Origin: Takakia lepidozioides
Taxonomy: Eukaryota > Plantae > Bryophyta
Reading direction: 5' to 3'
NCBI GenBank assembly: GCA_030704615.1
Contig: CM060732.1
Location: 43,462,001 to 43,526,000 of the forward strand
DNA length: 64,000 bases
A model generated the notes under the pieces. It saw only the letters and a list, made by a program, of their open reading frames with translations. It was not told the DNA's origin and ran no database searches. Shown here piece after piece: positions 61,799 to 64,000 of the stretch (within the stretch, counting starts at the first letter, position 1; the number at the start of each line of letters is the position of its first letter). The position numbers and the translations under genes were made by a program.

Positions 61799-63284
61799 AG
61801 TCCACCGACAGACATGTAAATACGTCAAGCCTCTAGACCATTGAGACTCTACGTTCGATGATAATGAGTGTTTCCCTTATGATTCTTTCATAGTTTCTTT
61901 ACTCTTGTGAAAGGTCTCCTCAGGTCTACTCAAGTAGATTATCTAAGTAAGGCCCTCGGCCGTGTCTTTGCCTTACTTGGCATAGAGTAACAAGGTTCGT
62001 GTATTCACTGACTACGGTATGTGTGCCTAATGGTGTAATCGAGGGTTTCAATATTTTACCTTCTAATAACCCCAAATAAAGTTGATCTTAGGGCCTCTGA
62101 CCCCTGTTTAATCTTAACAAATAATAATAATTATAAACTTCCATGACTTATTTTCACATTCACCTCCAATTTACAATTATAAGTTTATTTTTTACTTTAT
62201 TTTTTACTACGTCTTACTACGATTTGTAGCTCTCAATTAAATCACATTTGGACAAGTTCAAAGGCACCTCATCAACGTTCATATATGGTACTACAGAGGT
62301 ATATTGGACGAACCATACACATGTATTTATTGCTCTTAAATTACCTAATTATATTATTTGCCACCAACATATCTCATCAACTAGGAGGAGCCATCACCCG
62401 ACGAGCCATACATGGACATTGATGAGCATGTGTAACTGTTTAACAAAATTATCTTTTATTATGAAACATTTTTAAGTAACAAAAAATAATGTTTTATTGC
62501 ATTCTTTCGAACAATACACATGCCTTTGCTAGAAAATTTGTTTGACTTTCTAGCACCAGCAGCATTATGTTTTCCAGATTTCTGGCATATCTTAGTTTAT
62601 GTAGAAATTCGGCTGATATTTGTGTCATAAGTTTGAGTTAATATGCTACATCAAATGAAGATGTTATTTTGCTGAAAAAACATCCCAAAATTATGTAAAA
62701 CACTTAAGGAATTTAATTTTTTCCACCAATGTGCCTCCCTTCTTACACTGTATGAAATATCCTATGATTTTTATTAATGGCACGAGAACATGGACATAGG
62801 TAATATGAAACAAGGCGTCAACAAAGGAAAGTGGGTTAAATTGTTGATAAAGCTCTAGAGCGTCAACATTCTCTCCTAGCAACCTTCCGAGCGACATGGG
62901 GAAGACAAGGCATCATATGCAGCTGCCCTTCGACTGATAGTACCTACCTGTAGCCTCAGCAAATCTCCAGAACAATGGCAAGGCCACAAGGCCAACGTCT
63001 TTGGCTTCAGAGTTTGATAAGTCTGAGATAAATTGGAAACACATTAGAGTGGTCACTAAAATAAAACTCCACTACCATAGATAGACACAGTCCCCACCTT
63101 TGCTCAATAATTATTATAAAAATTCCTGGTTTCAGCCCGGGGACTTTGAGTAAATTTTTCTACCTTACTGGTGCAATCCTTGGGCTTCCCTCACTGGGGT
63201 CCTTGGTTCTTTCCAGTAATTCATTTCGGTGCATTGTTTTCTACTCACGTTTATAGGGGTTATCCTGCTGTGGGCACAGAGGCT

Positions 63285-63373
63285 TATAAGGGTTTTAATA
63301 ATTTTCCCTTGAATAATTGTTAATAAAGTTCTCAAGGCTTCCTCACGTCTTTAAAAAAAAAAAAAAAAAAAAA
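63285..63373 (+). mobile_element. LINE-family 3' end with poly(A) tail
   Basis: AAGGGTTTTAAT..TTTTCCCTT..AATAATT.TTAATAAAG..GGCTTCCTC matches the reverse complement of 18620-18690 and is followed by A21. Confidence 0.65.
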
Positions 63374-63631
63374 GTAGATGGCACATAGAAAATGGATCTT
63401 CACCTTTGCATGGTCATAATTAAGATTTGATCTACCATCATATTATATAGCTCTTGACAAATTAAATTTCTCATGGTGATCATACTATTCATCACGGTGG
63501 GCTACACAAAAGACAATGTTGTATTGTTAGTACTCTCAAGTGCTGATGAGATCCATACCAAAGTTAGTCTGCGTTTGTATCCCACAATGTTGAATTTGAT
63601 TTATGATCTATCAATTCATGAAGTACTAGTA

Positions 63632-64000
63632 CTAGGCTGCTACAAGACATTGCTGTAATTTTTGGCCAAATAGAGCACCAGCACAACTTTGCACCAATGA
63701 GGAAAGTTTTGTTGTTGAAGCTATGGGTGGATAGTATCCCGCATCTGCATATTCTGCAATGTCTAATATGGAGGAGGAACCGCTGTACGAAGTCGGTTGG
63801 TGGAATGTAGATCCATTCGTCAATAGATCATTGGAGCTACGAATAGTGGCGGTTTGGTCAAAATCACTTCCTACCCCAGCAAACCATGGAGTCACCTCCG
63901 TCCTTCGACCCGCAACAAAGACATTGTTTTCGGACGTTATCTTAGCGTGAACTCTTGCACCCAAAGCATAGTATCCCCAATTGGTAAAAAGGTTGTTCAC
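63632..64000 (-). CDS. Pectate lyase (PL1), C-terminal part; gene continues beyond the window
   Basis: VNNLFTNWGYYALG..SENNVF..RSSNDLLTNGSTF..AGAL matches the plant pectate lyase C-terminus. Confidence 0.8.
   Translation of the reverse strand: MNNLFTNWGYYALGARVHAKITSENNVFVAGRRTEVTPWFAGVGSDFDQTATIRSSNDLLTNGSTFHQPTSYSGSSSILDIAEYADAGYYPPIASTTKLSSLVQSCAGALFGQKLQQCLVAA

Overview
Eukaryotic, intron-containing, transposon-rich plant DNA. Gene content and TE lineages suggest a non-seed land plant (bryophyte/lycophyte/fern-like); this is inference only. Host genes: a 9-exon PAP-specific phosphatase (At4g05090-like, 13584-18158 +), a 5-exon EDR4-like/XLG-like zinc-ribbon gene (48350-52118 +), a PRLI-interacting-factor-A-like ORF with HEXIM-like architecture (55319-56083 -) and the 3' end of a pectate lyase (63632->64000 -). 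TEs: a GCM/SWIM Mutator nested in a second SWIM Mutator (1-8440), a full-length hAT with 8-bp TSD (9320-13121), an L1-type LINE split by a non-autonomous Mutator with 9-bp TSD and a 9-copy tandem array, two convergent Ty3/Gypsy copies, and LINE/LTR remnants. The standout is the Ty3/Gypsy element at 25986-39760. It carries a complete DNMT3-like C5 cytosine methyltransferase (motifs I-X) between protease and reverse transcriptase. An in-frame UAG in a TMV-type readthrough context (TAG-CAA-CCA, conserved in two diverged copies) separates the methyltransferase from RT-RH-IN. This suggests abundant Gag-PR-DNMT and rarer readthrough Pol. The same element has a variable 5' region holding an orphan ORF and a captured NDA-type NADH dehydrogenase fragment.
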